A stretch of 64,000 nucleotides of DNA from a virus (IMGVR_UViG_3300037692_000137:32001-96000), one strand, 5' to 3'; numbered from the stretch's first letter, positions 24,529 to 34,779 are shown. Program-made: numbers and translations. Notes: generated from the letters alone by a model not told the origin.

Positions 24529-27500
24529 TTATTGTTCCTTACCACAAGTAGCACACACTAAATTTTGTCCATACTTGCCGCCGGCATCAAACTTAAATTC
24601 CTGACCACCACAACCACCCTTATCTTTATCACAGGTGCCTTTCATCCAACAGGCTGATATAAGCGCATCAGTTTCCATTGGAATAATTTTAAAGTACATA
24701 TTAAAACCATCCTTTATTGCTTGCTCTACTATCTTTGCAACTTCATATCTATATTCGTAGTCGCACTCAACAATTAGCTCATCGTGTACAGTTAAAAGTA
24801 ATTTAGCATAGTAGGGTAACACTTCTAAACGTTCTACAAGAAAAATCATGGCCTGTTTAATAGTGTCGGCATTCGAGTTATGTACCACCACACCATTGGC
24901 TGTAAAATAATGTATTTTATCACACATTAAATCATACGTATCTTCTACACCTCTATAAGTTAAAGAGGTAGCTTTACAAAAGTCAAAGTTTAAAAATTGT
25001 TCTAAATATTTTTTTTCTCTGCCTTCTGGTAATCTAATATAAAAGTGACGCCAACTGTAAAAAGAGCATTTACCTAATTTAAAGCGCCGCAAGTGTGCCT
25101 TTTCGGTAGAGGTAAATTCTGATAAGTAATTATCTGCTTTTCTTAAAGTTGCTTCTATTAATTTAGGTATAAATTCAGGCACCATACTGCCGTCACCGCA
25201 TCTTGGTGTATTTAATGCCATATTTAAAAGTTTACTTTTATCTAAAACCGAAAAACCTATCAACTCTTTAAATTGTTTATTAAATCTTTTAGGTATTTGA
25301 ATTCTATAAACCAACTCTCCGTTTTCACTATACTCCTTAAGATTAGAGTTTATGCCTAAGGAAAACAAAAGTTGCTGAATAGACTCCGCAAGCGCTTTTG
25401 AACTTGTTGTGTAGTTTGGACCACTGTTTTTCGTCATACCACCATCAGTAGAAAACAGTCCATTTAATAAAGCACCCTTGTTTTTTAAAGTCTCTGTATA
25501 AAAATAATCGGGGATGCTCTTATATCTCGCTGTAACATAATCCAAACCTACATACTTTAAGAAACCCCTTATAACAACGGAACTAGCTTGTGCCGTATAT
25601 AAAGGAGTAGTTCTATTTTTATATACAGTTCTTACAATAGGTTTGTAATTAAACACATTAAATACATAAGAATTGAATTTGTCGAATAGTTCTTTTTGGT
25701 ATTCTGGACAAATAAAACGTATATGATTATGTTCAGTATAATTACCATCACCAATTAAGCAGCCAATAATAAAAGCAAGCTCTTTTGACATCTCTTTAGG
25801 TGTAGTCTGTTCTTTATAGGTTTCTCGCCAGTGCTTTTTTTCATAAGTATACCCTGATAAATCGGACACCTTACCATCAATGGTATTCAACGGGATTAAA
25901 AAGTAGTCTTCATTTAATTTTATATTTTCTACTGCTTTTTCCTCAACACCATTTTCCGTAATCACAGGAATTTTGTGTTCTAATGTTATACCTAAATTAC
26001 TACCATTGGAAAGTTTTAAATCATACACTTTTTTCTTGCCTGAGTAAACACCTACAGCCGTATCCTTACCAAAACCAGTTTCCAAGGGTACTTGAGTGTT
26101 CACATAATTACCAATACTTCCTAACCCATTTATCTGACTGTCAAATACTAAACAACCCTGAATAGGCGCGTTCTTTGCCTGCCTTTTAACACCATTAATG
26201 ATAAATTTTCTATCTGGTGAGTCATACTTAGGTATGTCATAGAATCGTTTACGTCCTATAATAGTCTCACTATATCCTTTCCTTACGGCCTCATTAGATA
26301 AGTCTTCTAACCACTGCTTAATTTTAGGAAACATAGTAAAGTAATTAAGCATTAAGCGCTCGGCCTTCTTTTCTGATATCTTTAATCTACGACTCAAACC
26401 AAACTTGGAAAGACCATAGGCTAAACCGAAAGTAATCGCCTTTGAAGCTTTACGTTGTTCTTTAGATACCTTTTCATACTCTACATTAAAAACACCTGCT
26501 GCGGATTTAGTATGTAAATCAATACCGTCCAAGTAACAAGAAACAAACACGGGATCTTGTGACATATTACCTATGATACGTAGTTCGGCGCCGGACATAT
26601 CTGCGGTTATTAAAGCACAGCCTGGTTTAGCTATGAAGCAGCTTCTATAAATTTGTTTACCTGGTATATTTTGTAGGTTTGGGTTAGAGCTGCTTAGCCT
26701 ACCAGTTTGCATTAGTTGCTTAAAATCTGTGTGCAGTCTACCTGTAGTTGGGTGAATTTTATCCAGCAACGGTTGTCCATAAGTAGAAATAAGTTTTTCC
26801 GCTTTTCTATAAGCTAATATATTATCAATTACATTGACACCAGCGTACTTCTCAAGCTCCTCAACTGCCGTACCTTCAACCTCGATACCGTATTTTTTAA
26901 GTGCCTCCTTAAGCTGCTTAGGACTATCTATATTTATTAAAGATACACCAAATAACGTTGTTTGGTTTTCAGTAGCATCTAGTGTTTTTGTAATTTGAGC
27001 ATGGAGTTCATCTTTCTTTTTAGCTACTTCCTGCATAATCAAAAGCCAGCGCTCCGTATTAATTGTAATGCCGTTTAATTCCATCTCAGCCATGGGCTTG
27101 ACGAAATCAAATTCTAACTGACATACCTTCTCTAACGAGTGTTTAGCCACAGACAGTAATTGAGCATCACGTATTACACCTAAAGTACAAACGTCTAATG
27201 CCGCATACTCAAGTTGATAGTTTTGAAAATCCTGCTCATAGTCTGAGAAAGTACCACGAGGCTCTTTGTCCATAGCAAGCCCTAAATACCTTTGCACTAA
27301 TACGGATAATGCCGCTTTAACATAGGGTCTGCCGAGGTTTATCAGTTGTTCGGCTAACATTGTATCATATATATTGTTTATATAAAAGTTATAATGATGT
27401 TTAATCATTTTAACATCGTACAAAGCATTTTGAAGTAGTTTTAATTTAGTCCTATCTTCTAAAAGGTCCTTAAACAGCGATATATCAAATTCACTTTTAC

Positions 27501-27723
27501 CTATATCCTTTCTAATATCAAAAACAAAGGGCTGCCCTTGTACACCTAACTGTAATAAAACGAGCTTACCGTCAAAAGGAGATAAAGAGGTACCTTCTGT
27601 ATCTACCTCTATCATCTCAAATTGATTGATGTAGTCCAACGCGGCCAAGGCATCATCAAGTTTATTAATGTAAGTATACTTAGGAGCCGGCAATTTAGCA
27701 ACACTTTTATCAAAAACACCCAT
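24529..27723 (-). CDS. polA: Family A DNA polymerase (3'-5' exo plus pol, no 5'-3' exo) containing an intein
   Basis: DTEGT, YAALD, TGRLSSSNPNLQNIP, ADMSGAELRI, RKASKAITFGLAYG, NAPIQG|S.AD, LTVHDEL. Confidence 0.95.
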   Translation of the reverse strand: MGVFDKSVAKLPAPKYTYINKLDDALAALDYINQFEMIEVDTEGTSLSPFDGKLVLLQLGVQGQPFVFDIRKDIGKSEFDISLFKDLLEDRTKLKLLQNALYDVKMIKHHYNFYINNIYDTMLAEQLINLGRPYVKAALSVLVQRYLGLAMDKEPRGTFSDYEQDFQNYQLEYAALDVCTLGVIRDAQLLSVAKHSLEKVCQLEFDFVKPMAEMELNGITINTERWLLIMQEVAKKKDELHAQITKTLDATENQTTLFGVSLINIDSPKQLKEALKKYGIEVEGTAVEELEKYAGVNVIDNILAYRKAEKLISTYGQPLLDKIHPTTGRLHTDFKQLMQTGRLSSSNPNLQNIPGKQIYRSCFIAKPGCALITADMSGAELRIIGNMSQDPVFVSCYLDGIDLHTKSAAGVFNVEYEKVSKEQRKASKAITFGLAYGLSKFGLSRRLKISEKKAERLMLNYFTMFPKIKQWLEDLSNEAVRKGYSETIIGRKRFYDIPKYDSPDRKFIINGVKRQAKNAPIQGCLVFDSQINGLGSIGNYVNTQVPLETGFGKDTAVGVYSGKKKVYDLKLSNGSNLGITLEHKIPVITENGVEEKAVENIKLNEDYFLIPLNTIDGKVSDLSGYTYEKKHWRETYKEQTTPKEMSKELAFIIGCLIGDGNYTEHNHIRFICPEYQKELFDKFNSYVFNVFNYKPIVRTVYKNRTTPLYTAQASSVVIRGFLKYVGLDYVTARYKSIPDYFYTETLKNKGALLNGLFSTDGGMTKNSGPNYTTSSKALAESIQQLLFSLGINSNLKEYSENGELVYRIQIPKRFNKQFKELIGFSVLDKSKLLNMALNTPRCGDGSMVPEFIPKLIEATLRKADNYLSEFTSTEKAHLRRFKLGKCSFYSWRHFYIRLPEGREKKYLEQFLNFDFCKATSLTYRGVEDTYDLMCDKIHYFTANGVVVHNSNADTIKQAMIFLVERLEVLPYYAKLLLTVHDELIVECDYEYRYEVAKIVEQAIKDGFNMYFKIIPMETDALISACWMKGTCDKDKGGCGGQEFKFDAGGKYGQNLVCATCGKEQ
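24877..26154 (-). mobile_element. Intein (426 aa) with LAGLIDADG endonuclease in PolA
   Basis: Starts CLVFDSQ, ITLEHKI, IIGCLIGDG, LNGLFSTDG, ends YFTANGVVVHN, +1 Ser. Confidence 0.93.
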
Positions 27724-27728
27724 AATTT

Positions 27729-28799
27729 TTATCCTTTAACTAGATTAACTATCTTAAACATTTTATGATAAAATATCTGCTCACCTGGTTTTCCCGTTGT
27801 ATATATCGGGTCTATAATTATATCCAGCATCATAGAAAATTTGCGAGCTTCCGCAAATTTAGTACTGCGTTTAAGACAACCAACAAAGTACCCGCATATC
27901 GCTATGCGTATACCCTCAATAGATACAGTTTTAGCTAGAACTTCATAGTGTTTACAAGACTCTAACCATTTACCTGCCATAAGAGACTTACTTAAATCAA
28001 TTATAGCTGGTGTATTCTCTGCGGCTATGCCGCCTAAAATAGTATTAGCTGAGTCTATTGTCCAGGACCCCTCATTAATAACAGAGTCTAGCGCTACAAG
28101 AGCGTCTCTAGGTATACCCTTTGTTTCAGATACAATTAAGTTTAAAACCTCCTCATTATAGACTGTGCCCTCAAACTCTAAAACATTTGTTAGAATAGAA
28201 TGTAGCTGATCTTGAGGTAAAGCATCAAAAGTTACTTTTGTACATCTACTTAAAAACGCGTTACCTCCATCTTTTTTACTCTGTAGTTCTTCTGGCCTGT
28301 TTGTACAAAATATAAAGTAGATATAAGAATACCCATCTTCAGCATCCTTTAATAGTAGATCTTTAGCTGCAGCTGTGAGCATATGAGCCTCATCAAAAAT
28401 GATGACTTTGTTTCTAGAATTAAACGGCGCAAATGGTAGGGTATCCACAATGTCGCTCATATCAGACTTACCGCCATCCTTACCTACATTATGCTCTGTA
28501 ACATCCATACTACTACCACTTAGTATGGAAAGGCATGACGCACATTTTAAACAAGGTTGTGATGTAGACGTAGCTACAGATTCACAGTTTAGCCCCATGG
28601 CTACTATGCGTGCTGCAGTCGTTTTACCTGTACCGGCCGGACCACTAAATAATAACGTATGCGGTAGCTTATTACCATCTAAATAATTTTTTAACGTGGT
28701 TTTACTTACATTATTACCTACAAGCTCATCTACAGTACATGGCCTGTAAGCTGTCTGTAAACTATTACTTCTATTCTTTGATAATCTTTTTATTAGCAT
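27729..28799 (-). CDS. dnaX: DNA polymerase III gamma/tau-like clamp loader
   Basis: YRP..DELVG, GPAGTGKTT, PC.KC.SC, KVIIFDEAHML, SRC. Confidence 0.9.
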   Translation of the reverse strand: MLIKRLSKNRSNSLQTAYRPCTVDELVGNNVSKTTLKNYLDGNKLPHTLLFSGPAGTGKTTAARIVAMGLNCESVATSTSQPCLKCASCLSILSGSSMDVTEHNVGKDGGKSDMSDIVDTLPFAPFNSRNKVIIFDEAHMLTAAAKDLLLKDAEDGYSYIYFIFCTNRPEELQSKKDGGNAFLSRCTKVTFDALPQDQLHSILTNVLEFEGTVYNEEVLNLIVSETKGIPRDALVALDSVINEGSWTIDSANTILGGIAAENTPAIIDLSKSLMAGKWLESCKHYEVLAKTVSIEGIRIAICGYFVGCLKRSTKFAEARKFSMMLDIIIDPIYTTGKPGEQIFYHKMFKIVNLVKG

Positions 28800-29293
28800 A
28801 GATGTCTCCGATCAATCTCACTCTTAAGTAATTCGTAAATTTCATATAGAACACCACCGCCAGAGGGGGTATTTAAACATAAGGCCACTTTACTTTTTAT
28901 ATTTTTATTAGCATTGCTTGGACACACTGAGAATGGTACCCTATTTATGCATGGCAGGTCACTTCTGCCAAAACCTACATAAAGCATCTCATCTAATGTT
29001 ATCTCATAGCGCTGTAATATTTTAGTAATAAAGTCTAATTTATCTTTCTCTGCCCAGTAAAAAGGTATATTTTTACGTCTAAATAAGTTGTAATTTATAT
29101 ACTGATCTTTAGCTAAAAAAATAAATTTAAATGTCTTTTTTAATTCATTTACAATATCCAGATCCTGGGAGTTAAAAGTTTTAAATGGTACATTACCAAG
29201 CTCATCGTAAGTAATTAACCCATCTGTTACTATGCCATCAACTTCACTTACTATAACTTTTAGTTTAGTTAAATACTCATCAATGTTAATCAT
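28793..29293 (-). CDS. KdsC-like HAD phosphatase with the first motif-I Asp replaced by Glu
   Basis: IVSEVDGIVTDG..KTFN..D, YVG....DL, P.GGG.L.E. Confidence 0.75.
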   Translation of the reverse strand: MINIDEYLTKLKVIVSEVDGIVTDGLITYDELGNVPFKTFNSQDLDIVNELKKTFKFIFLAKDQYINYNLFRRKNIPFYWAEKDKLDFITKILQRYEITLDEMLYVGFGRSDLPCINRVPFSVCPSNANKNIKSKVALCLNTPSGGGVLYEIYELLKSEIDRRHLC

Positions 29294-29304
29294 ATTTAAT
29301 CCTA

Positions 29305-29964
29305 TTAATTATAAGAAAACTTTAATTTAATCATTGTGTCCTCTGCTCGGCCCCAAAAGTACTCTAAATCTTTCTGTCCGAAAACCAAGCGCCACACACC
29401 CACGTCTTTAAATAAGGGTTTATATAAAGTTAAATCCTCCAAAGGTTCTATAAGCTTATTACGAGGTTCCAATTTAAAGTAGTCACCTATGTGCATTAAC
29501 ATGGCGGTACCATCTATAAGCATCATGTCGTAGTTAACAAAATACATTTTATCTAAATTGCTATTAATAAACCCCTGAACATGATCTACCCAATACTGCA
29601 CTGGTTCCGAAAACATCCTTGGATCTAGAGGATTTTTAGTTTCTGCGGTCTTTTCAAACAAATCTTTATCGCTGTAAGCTTCTATATAGCCCATAATGTA
29701 CTGCCTAAAAGTCTTTCCTTCAAAGTGTTTTTTGGTTCCGGGCTGTTGTTTCCAATATTCATAGCAGTCGTACAATACATCTCTACCGTCCCGTACAACA
29801 TATAGAGTTAAATCACTATCAGTGATAGCTTTAACCATACTATCAGAGAAATGCCAGTGATTCTTGTCAAAATCATTACAATAATAGTTAGCCATTATGC
29901 TCCTAACAACATAAGAAGCGCCGGATTTTCTATGACAAAAAACTCTATTTATGTTCTTGCTCAT
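29305..29964 (-). CDS. PAPS-dependent sulfotransferase-like protein
   Basis: HRKSGASY (5'-PSB-like), YVVRDGRDV (3'-PB-like), W..HV, GVWR..F. Confidence 0.7.
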   Translation of the reverse strand: MSKNINRVFCHRKSGASYVVRSIMANYYCNDFDKNHWHFSDSMVKAITDSDLTLYVVRDGRDVLYDCYEYWKQQPGTKKHFEGKTFRQYIMGYIEAYSDKDLFEKTAETKNPLDPRMFSEPVQYWVDHVQGFINSNLDKMYFVNYDMMLIDGTAMLMHIGDYFKLEPRNKLIEPLEDLTLYKPLFKDVGVWRLVFGQKDLEYFWGRAEDTMIKLKFSYN

Positions 29965-31129
29965 TTTTATGCCCCCATAGTATCTTTGGCATAACTACAG
30001 ACTTCAGTTCTTGCGGTATCGTGTTTTTAATAACCGACATTGTGTACTCTATTTCTTGTTTTATACTTCTTGTTGGATTATACCCTAAACTTGGTAAAAT
30101 GTCAACTACATAATTATAGTAATGTGCTCCTGTGTACTCACTTCGTGGTGAAGGTATGTGTTGTTTGGAGCTGGGTACTCCTAGCTTAATAGCAACTTCT
30201 TCAACCAATTTAGTTATCTCCATGATTGAGTGCCATTCAGACAGCTGATTCCACACCTGTACCTTACCTGGGTTAGGTGGATTATTAACAGCTATTTCCA
30301 ATGCTTGAATACTGTCATTCAAAGATATAAAGCCTCTTTGGTGTAGACCCTCCCCATAAATTGTCATTGGCACACCAAGTAGTGTTTGTACAATAAAACG
30401 ATTAATAACAGTACCTCCAGCCTCATCACTATCAAGTCTACTATATACTTTGGTCTCGTCTATTTCGTCTGTATAGGAACCAAAAACAACAGACTGTTGT
30501 ACATCTGTACATTTTAAGTTCCAGGTGCGAGATAAAAAATCTATTAAGTAGGTAGACGCTGTTTTAGAACAGTGATAGATACTACCAGGCCTTCTTGGGT
30601 AAATCATCTCATTAGAAGTACGGCCTTTGTGATTAATCTTAATATAGCCTTCCTCAATATCTATGTTACTATAATGATCATACTCGCCCGTTGTGCCTAT
30701 TGTAATATAGTGTGCATTGGGGATATGTTTTTTTATTGCCCACAATAAATTATTTGTGGGTATAATATTGTTTACTAAAGTAAATTCAGCCTTCTCTTGT
30801 GAGATTTGGCTAAAAGGTGCTGAAGGTATATGGGCTAAGTTAATGACGGTGTCTGGTTTATATGTTGCAATTAAGTTCTCTACCTTAGTACTATCTGTTA
30901 ATAAATCAAAAGAATAGAATGTAAATTCACCTAGCTCATTAAGCCTACTAATCTTTTCTACCATTGGTAGTATGGGTGTAGCAGATTTAGATCCCATTAA
31001 ATCTTTTACCCAGAATCTACGTAAAAAGTTATCTACACCAACTACTTTAAACCCTTTGTTTAGTAAACGTTGAGTTAAGGCATTGCCAATGTAACCATCA
31101 CATCCTAACAATAATACTGTCTTATTCAT
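29945..31129 (-). CDS. sqdB: UDP-sulfoquinovose synthase
   Basis: GCDGYIG, DNFLRR, SAPFS, GTTGEY, NIDIEEGYI.I.H.GR, YHCSK, INRF..Q...G.P.TIYG.G; matches SqdB/SQD1 along its whole length. Confidence 0.9.
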   Translation of the reverse strand: MNKTVLLLGCDGYIGNALTQRLLNKGFKVVGVDNFLRRFWVKDLMGSKSATPILPMVEKISRLNELGEFTFYSFDLLTDSTKVENLIATYKPDTVINLAHIPSAPFSQISQEKAEFTLVNNIIPTNNLLWAIKKHIPNAHYITIGTTGEYDHYSNIDIEEGYIKINHKGRTSNEMIYPRRPGSIYHCSKTASTYLIDFLSRTWNLKCTDVQQSVVFGSYTDEIDETKVYSRLDSDEAGGTVINRFIVQTLLGVPMTIYGEGLHQRGFISLNDSIQALEIAVNNPPNPGKVQVWNQLSEWHSIMEITKLVEEVAIKLGVPSSKQHIPSPRSEYTGAHYYNYVVDILPSLGYNPTRSIKQEIEYTMSVIKNTIPQELKSVVMPKILWGHKNEQEHK

Positions 31130-31138
31130 TAGTGCTCC

Positions 31139-31906
31139 TTATTTTATGTCGAGCGCAGCTCTAAAAAGTTTTGATATTAAGAGATCACTTTGCAAAATCC
31201 CTTCTAGGTCATGTTCTAAAATAGAGTAGTCCTTGTGTTTACTAAACAATGAGTTGAACAATGTGATGGCTATCGGTCTAGAATCCATAATAAAGTCAGA
31301 CCCCTTGTTACTAAAAAATACTTGCCAATCTTCCCAAATGACCGGGTGAAACTTGGATTCTGGTAGCAATGCATAATGGTTAATATTATTGAACACGATA
31401 GGGCTCAAAAGTCTTAGGCCCAATTCTCCCCAGTAAAATGAAGTTTTGCTATCTATTAAGGTTTCTTGGGCTTTTAGATACTTAGTTATTATGTGCCCAC
31501 CTTCTACTGAAGCCATAAAACCATTACTTATACCATCAATTGTTCTAGTTTTATGGCAAGCCATAAATCCTTTTTCATTTATAACTTCCAGTAATGGTGT
31601 AAAGTCTTCGAGCACGATAGTGTCGGCGTCAAGCCACACCCCGCCATACTTATGAAGTAGAGCTGTTCTTATATATGCAGTACGTATAGCTATGTTCTTT
31701 GGCGAGTCTACTGAACTGCTGTCATGATGCAGCTCTTTGTACCTAGGATTTATTTCGGGTAAATAAGCCTCAACATTAGAGGGGTTTACAAGCATTATGA
31801 CACACTGGCTACCGCAGTTGGCTTGCATCGACTCAATGCATAGTTTTATATAGGCTGGCATGTCTTTTCCGGGCAGGTTTTCCCAATATACCCATATCAT
31901 ACACAT
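31139..31906 (-). CDS. DxD glycosyltransferase (GT32/capsule-synthesis-like)
   Basis: IWVYW..P..IKLC, R..LLHKYGGVWLDAD, NGFM, WGELG. Confidence 0.85.
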   Translation of the reverse strand: MCMIWVYWENLPGKDMPAYIKLCIESMQANCGSQCVIMLVNPSNVEAYLPEINPRYKELHHDSSSVDSPKNIAIRTAYIRTALLHKYGGVWLDADTIVLEDFTPLLEVINEKGFMACHKTRTIDGISNGFMASVEGGHIITKYLKAQETLIDSKTSFYWGELGLRLLSPIVFNNINHYALLPESKFHPVIWEDWQVFFSNKGSDFIMDSRPIAITLFNSLFSKHKDYSILEHDLEGILQSDLLISKLFRAALDIK

Positions 31907-31908
31907 AA

Positions 31909-32463
31909 TTAAATCTCCAACAAATATTGATTATTAATCCCGCCCTTTACAACACGCAACCTTCCATATGGATTAAGGTCTGACGGTGACCAGTTGGAGA
32001 TATGGCGTTCATTTTCATTTCCGTATACTGGTCCTTGTGGTTTAACCTTCTCCGGTAATACTACTATGCCTAGAATATTACGCTTAAGTTTTATCTGTTC
32101 AAGTAGTGCTTTGCCATCTTCAAGCGTGAAGTGCTCTAGAACTGCAGTACATAGTATTAAATCATAATTACCTAGTGTTGGAAGAACTTTCGACGCATCA
32201 CCAACATAAATACTATCATAAATCGCATATTGTATCTGGGTTAAATACTTATCAAAAACTTCTATACCATCTATACGTGTTGTCCAATTCCCGAATAGTC
32301 TACCGCTCCAAATGTCAGTATACTCTCGAGCCAAGAATCCGTTCTTGCCGAAGCCCACTCCTATATCTAGAACAGATTTTGGTTGTAGTTGTAGTATAGT
32401 ATCACATATATAGTTTAATGTTATAGGGCGTGATGTTGGCATGTTATGCTCCTCTATTTTCAT
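31909..32463 (-). CDS. Class I SAM-dependent methyltransferase
   Basis: VLDIGVGFG, DGIE, GDA, VLEHF. Confidence 0.85.
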   Translation of the reverse strand: MKIEEHNMPTSRPITLNYICDTILQLQPKSVLDIGVGFGKNGFLAREYTDIWSGRLFGNWTTRIDGIEVFDKYLTQIQYAIYDSIYVGDASKVLPTLGNYDLILCTAVLEHFTLEDGKALLEQIKLKRNILGIVVLPEKVKPQGPVYGNENERHISNWSPSDLNPYGRLRVVKGGINNQYLLEI

Positions 32464-33088
32464 TTATATTTATATTAATAACTCTGGTAGCTAGGGGTAT
32501 ATCTAAAAAGGCTAGTAAGCTCGATTGAACTTCTTTATCATTTAGTACCTCCTCAGTATTAAATAGTACAAAATTATCTTTAAATGCCATAGCATATTCT
32601 TCCGCTAAATTATAGTAGTCATCCCAGTAGTGTGCTATCGCATCTACTTTAGGTAAATTATATTTAGGGTAGCAATTATCGTATACGGAGTCAAGACGCC
32701 ATAAGTTACTATCCCAATAAGTGCTGCTTTTATCAGTCCAATGGTTGCGCTCTTTTAGTCCAGTCTTAAAGTTAGCAGCAGTCTTTTTAATGTAACTAGC
32801 AACCGTGTCTTTTTTAGTTCGTTTAAGACAAATAAATTTTGAATTGGGGTATTTGTCTAGTATGTATATAACATATGGTAGATGCCAAAAAGATACGTCG
32901 CATGCAAAAGAACCGTTGGTCCTATTTTGCATAGATGTAATAGTCCTGTCTATATGGTTTTTACTGAACTGCCATGGGGTTATGACTAATTCATGTGTTG
33001 AAGTAAACCCATTCTGTAAACCTAGTAGTTCTTTAAGAGACACGGTACCACATCGGCCAGTACCAAGACCAAAAATAAGCTGCTTCAT
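32444..33088 (-). CDS. Second sulfotransferase-like protein
   Basis: IFGLGTGRCGTVSL..LL, HE, KFICLKR.....VAS. Confidence 0.7.
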   Translation of the reverse strand: MKQLIFGLGTGRCGTVSLKELLGLQNGFTSTHELVITPWQFSKNHIDRTITSMQNRTNGSFACDVSFWHLPYVIYILDKYPNSKFICLKRTKKDTVASYIKKTAANFKTGLKERNHWTDKSSTYWDSNLWRLDSVYDNCYPKYNLPKVDAIAHYWDDYYNLAEEYAMAFKDNFVLFNTEEVLNDKEVQSSLLAFLDIPLATRVINININENRGA

Positions 33089-33861
33089 TATAATACCTCA
33101 TAATACTTTTTATATTTTTCAACAATACCGGCTGTTAGTACACGCTGTGTCCAGCCCCTATGTGGTGCCTCAGCTAAAGCATCCATAGTAACACCTAAAT
33201 CAATTAGACTTTTATTTCGAATGTCATGATCTTTCCAAAGGCGCTTAGCTAGTACACGTGTGGCCAGCCCTATTACAGGAAGTATTATATCACAATACTG
33301 TAATTTGTCAAGTATTTCCTCCATTTTATGATCTAAGGTGTAATAAGCATTCTCCACACCAGGAAAAGAAACAGTATGTGTAACGTTAAACATCTTCTCT
33401 ATAAGTTTATTATTACATAAAGGATCACCAGCTATCAGTAATACCTTTCTACCATAAAAAAAGCTATCAATAAATTTTACAAACCATTCTAGCTTATGCT
33501 CAAAAGCATACTGAAATATCAATGCGTGGTACCCCTCATCTGGATTGCCACGTAGTAATTTCCAAACATGTTTAAGTTGCCCATCTAAAAGCTGTTGTTG
33601 CACTCGTCTTTTTAGCCAAAAGTAGCTGCCACTACCATCCTCGAAAGAGCCTGCAGTACTAGACACGACATAGTTTAGATCAAATATTGTTAAAGACTCT
33701 CTTAGTTCTTGTCTTAGTTTAACACTATTTCTATGCCTTTGTTCATTAGGTGCCCCTTGTATAAGAGTTAAATCTCCATCACCGAATCTTATAAAGTAAA
33801 AAGGTGTGCCTTCATTTACCAATGTATCTAAATAATTACTTGTTTGTTCAATAGTTTTCAA
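33088..33861 (-). CDS. GT-D fold (DUF1792-like) glycosyltransferase
   Basis: FIRFGDGD, KVLLIAG, NAY, IDLG...DAL. Confidence 0.7.
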   Translation of the reverse strand: MKTIEQTSNYLDTLVNEGTPFYFIRFGDGDLTLIQGAPNEQRHRNSVKLRQELRESLTIFDLNYVVSSTAGSFEDGSGSYFWLKRRVQQQLLDGQLKHVWKLLRGNPDEGYHALIFQYAFEHKLEWFVKFIDSFFYGRKVLLIAGDPLCNNKLIEKMFNVTHTVSFPGVENAYYTLDHKMEEILDKLQYCDIILPVIGLATRVLAKRLWKDHDIRNKSLIDLGVTMDALAEAPHRGWTQRVLTAGIVEKYKKYYEVL

Positions 33862-33873
33862 TTCAACTTCTCC

Positions 33874-34764
33874 TTATATTAAGGTGAGTTCTCCAGACCA
33901 GTTGTCTAATTGTAGTGCAAAATCTACATAGTCTTTATAGTGCGGATCTAATCTCATCATTTTAGTTGCGTTTAATGCAACCTCCCTTAAAGCCTCAACA
34001 CGATCCATAAATAGTTCCTGTTTAAACGGTAATTTACCGATCCTGTTTTGACCATAAAAGCCTATGTGTATTTGCCTATCACATGCCGGAGAATAAGACC
34101 TCAACCCTTCTTCAATAAAAGCTGTATCAATTAACCTATTAACAAGCCCGTCCCAACCAATATGTTGAAATAAATTTTTACGCTCTGGTCTATATTTAGA
34201 TCTTTTATCATTCCCATTGCGCTTATTAATAAGATGGATAATAGCTTCTCTATTAGCATAGTAATCATATGTGGCATAAGGTCTTACATATTTAGTAAAA
34301 AAATAGTTATCCATTAAGCAGGCAGGTGCTTCGAATAGATTTGTGGCTTGTATAGCATTTATATTGGTATTAGGCACTAATCTACGACTGGCATTAATAA
34401 CAGAAAAGTTACTATCCTTTAATAAGCTTAATGCTGTAGCCATATATGTAAAGTAGGTCTCATGTAGTAAACAATCATCCTCTATATTTAATACATAATC
34501 AGCCCCTTCAAAAAATACCTGCTTAAAACCCTCTAAAATGTTGCCCCAACCAAAATGTCTGAATGGTCTCATGACAATTGTTTTTTCAAAAGGGTAATAA
34601 TCGTTTATTAGCTCAACACATTTAGGATCAGCATTAAACTCTAATGCAAACAACGTACTATAGTTATCAGTATTTAGTCTTTTCCGCGACTTTATTTCGT
34701 ACTCCATAGACAGGTAAAGCATCTCTGGTCTATTATACACAGCTCTTAATATACGACCGTTCAT
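33874..34764 (-). CDS. GT-A fold glycosyltransferase
   Basis: YNRPEML, IEDD, QIHIG. Confidence 0.65.
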   Translation of the reverse strand: MNGRILRAVYNRPEMLYLSMEYEIKSRKRLNTDNYSTLFALEFNADPKCVELINDYYPFEKTIVMRPFRHFGWGNILEGFKQVFFEGADYVLNIEDDCLLHETYFTYMATALSLLKDSNFSVINASRRLVPNTNINAIQATNLFEAPACLMDNYFFTKYVRPYATYDYYANREAIIHLINKRNGNDKRSKYRPERKNLFQHIGWDGLVNRLIDTAFIEEGLRSYSPACDRQIHIGFYGQNRIGKLPFKQELFMDRVEALREVALNATKMMRLDPHYKDYVDFALQLDNWSGELTLI

Positions 34765-34779
34765 TTATATACCCTCCCC

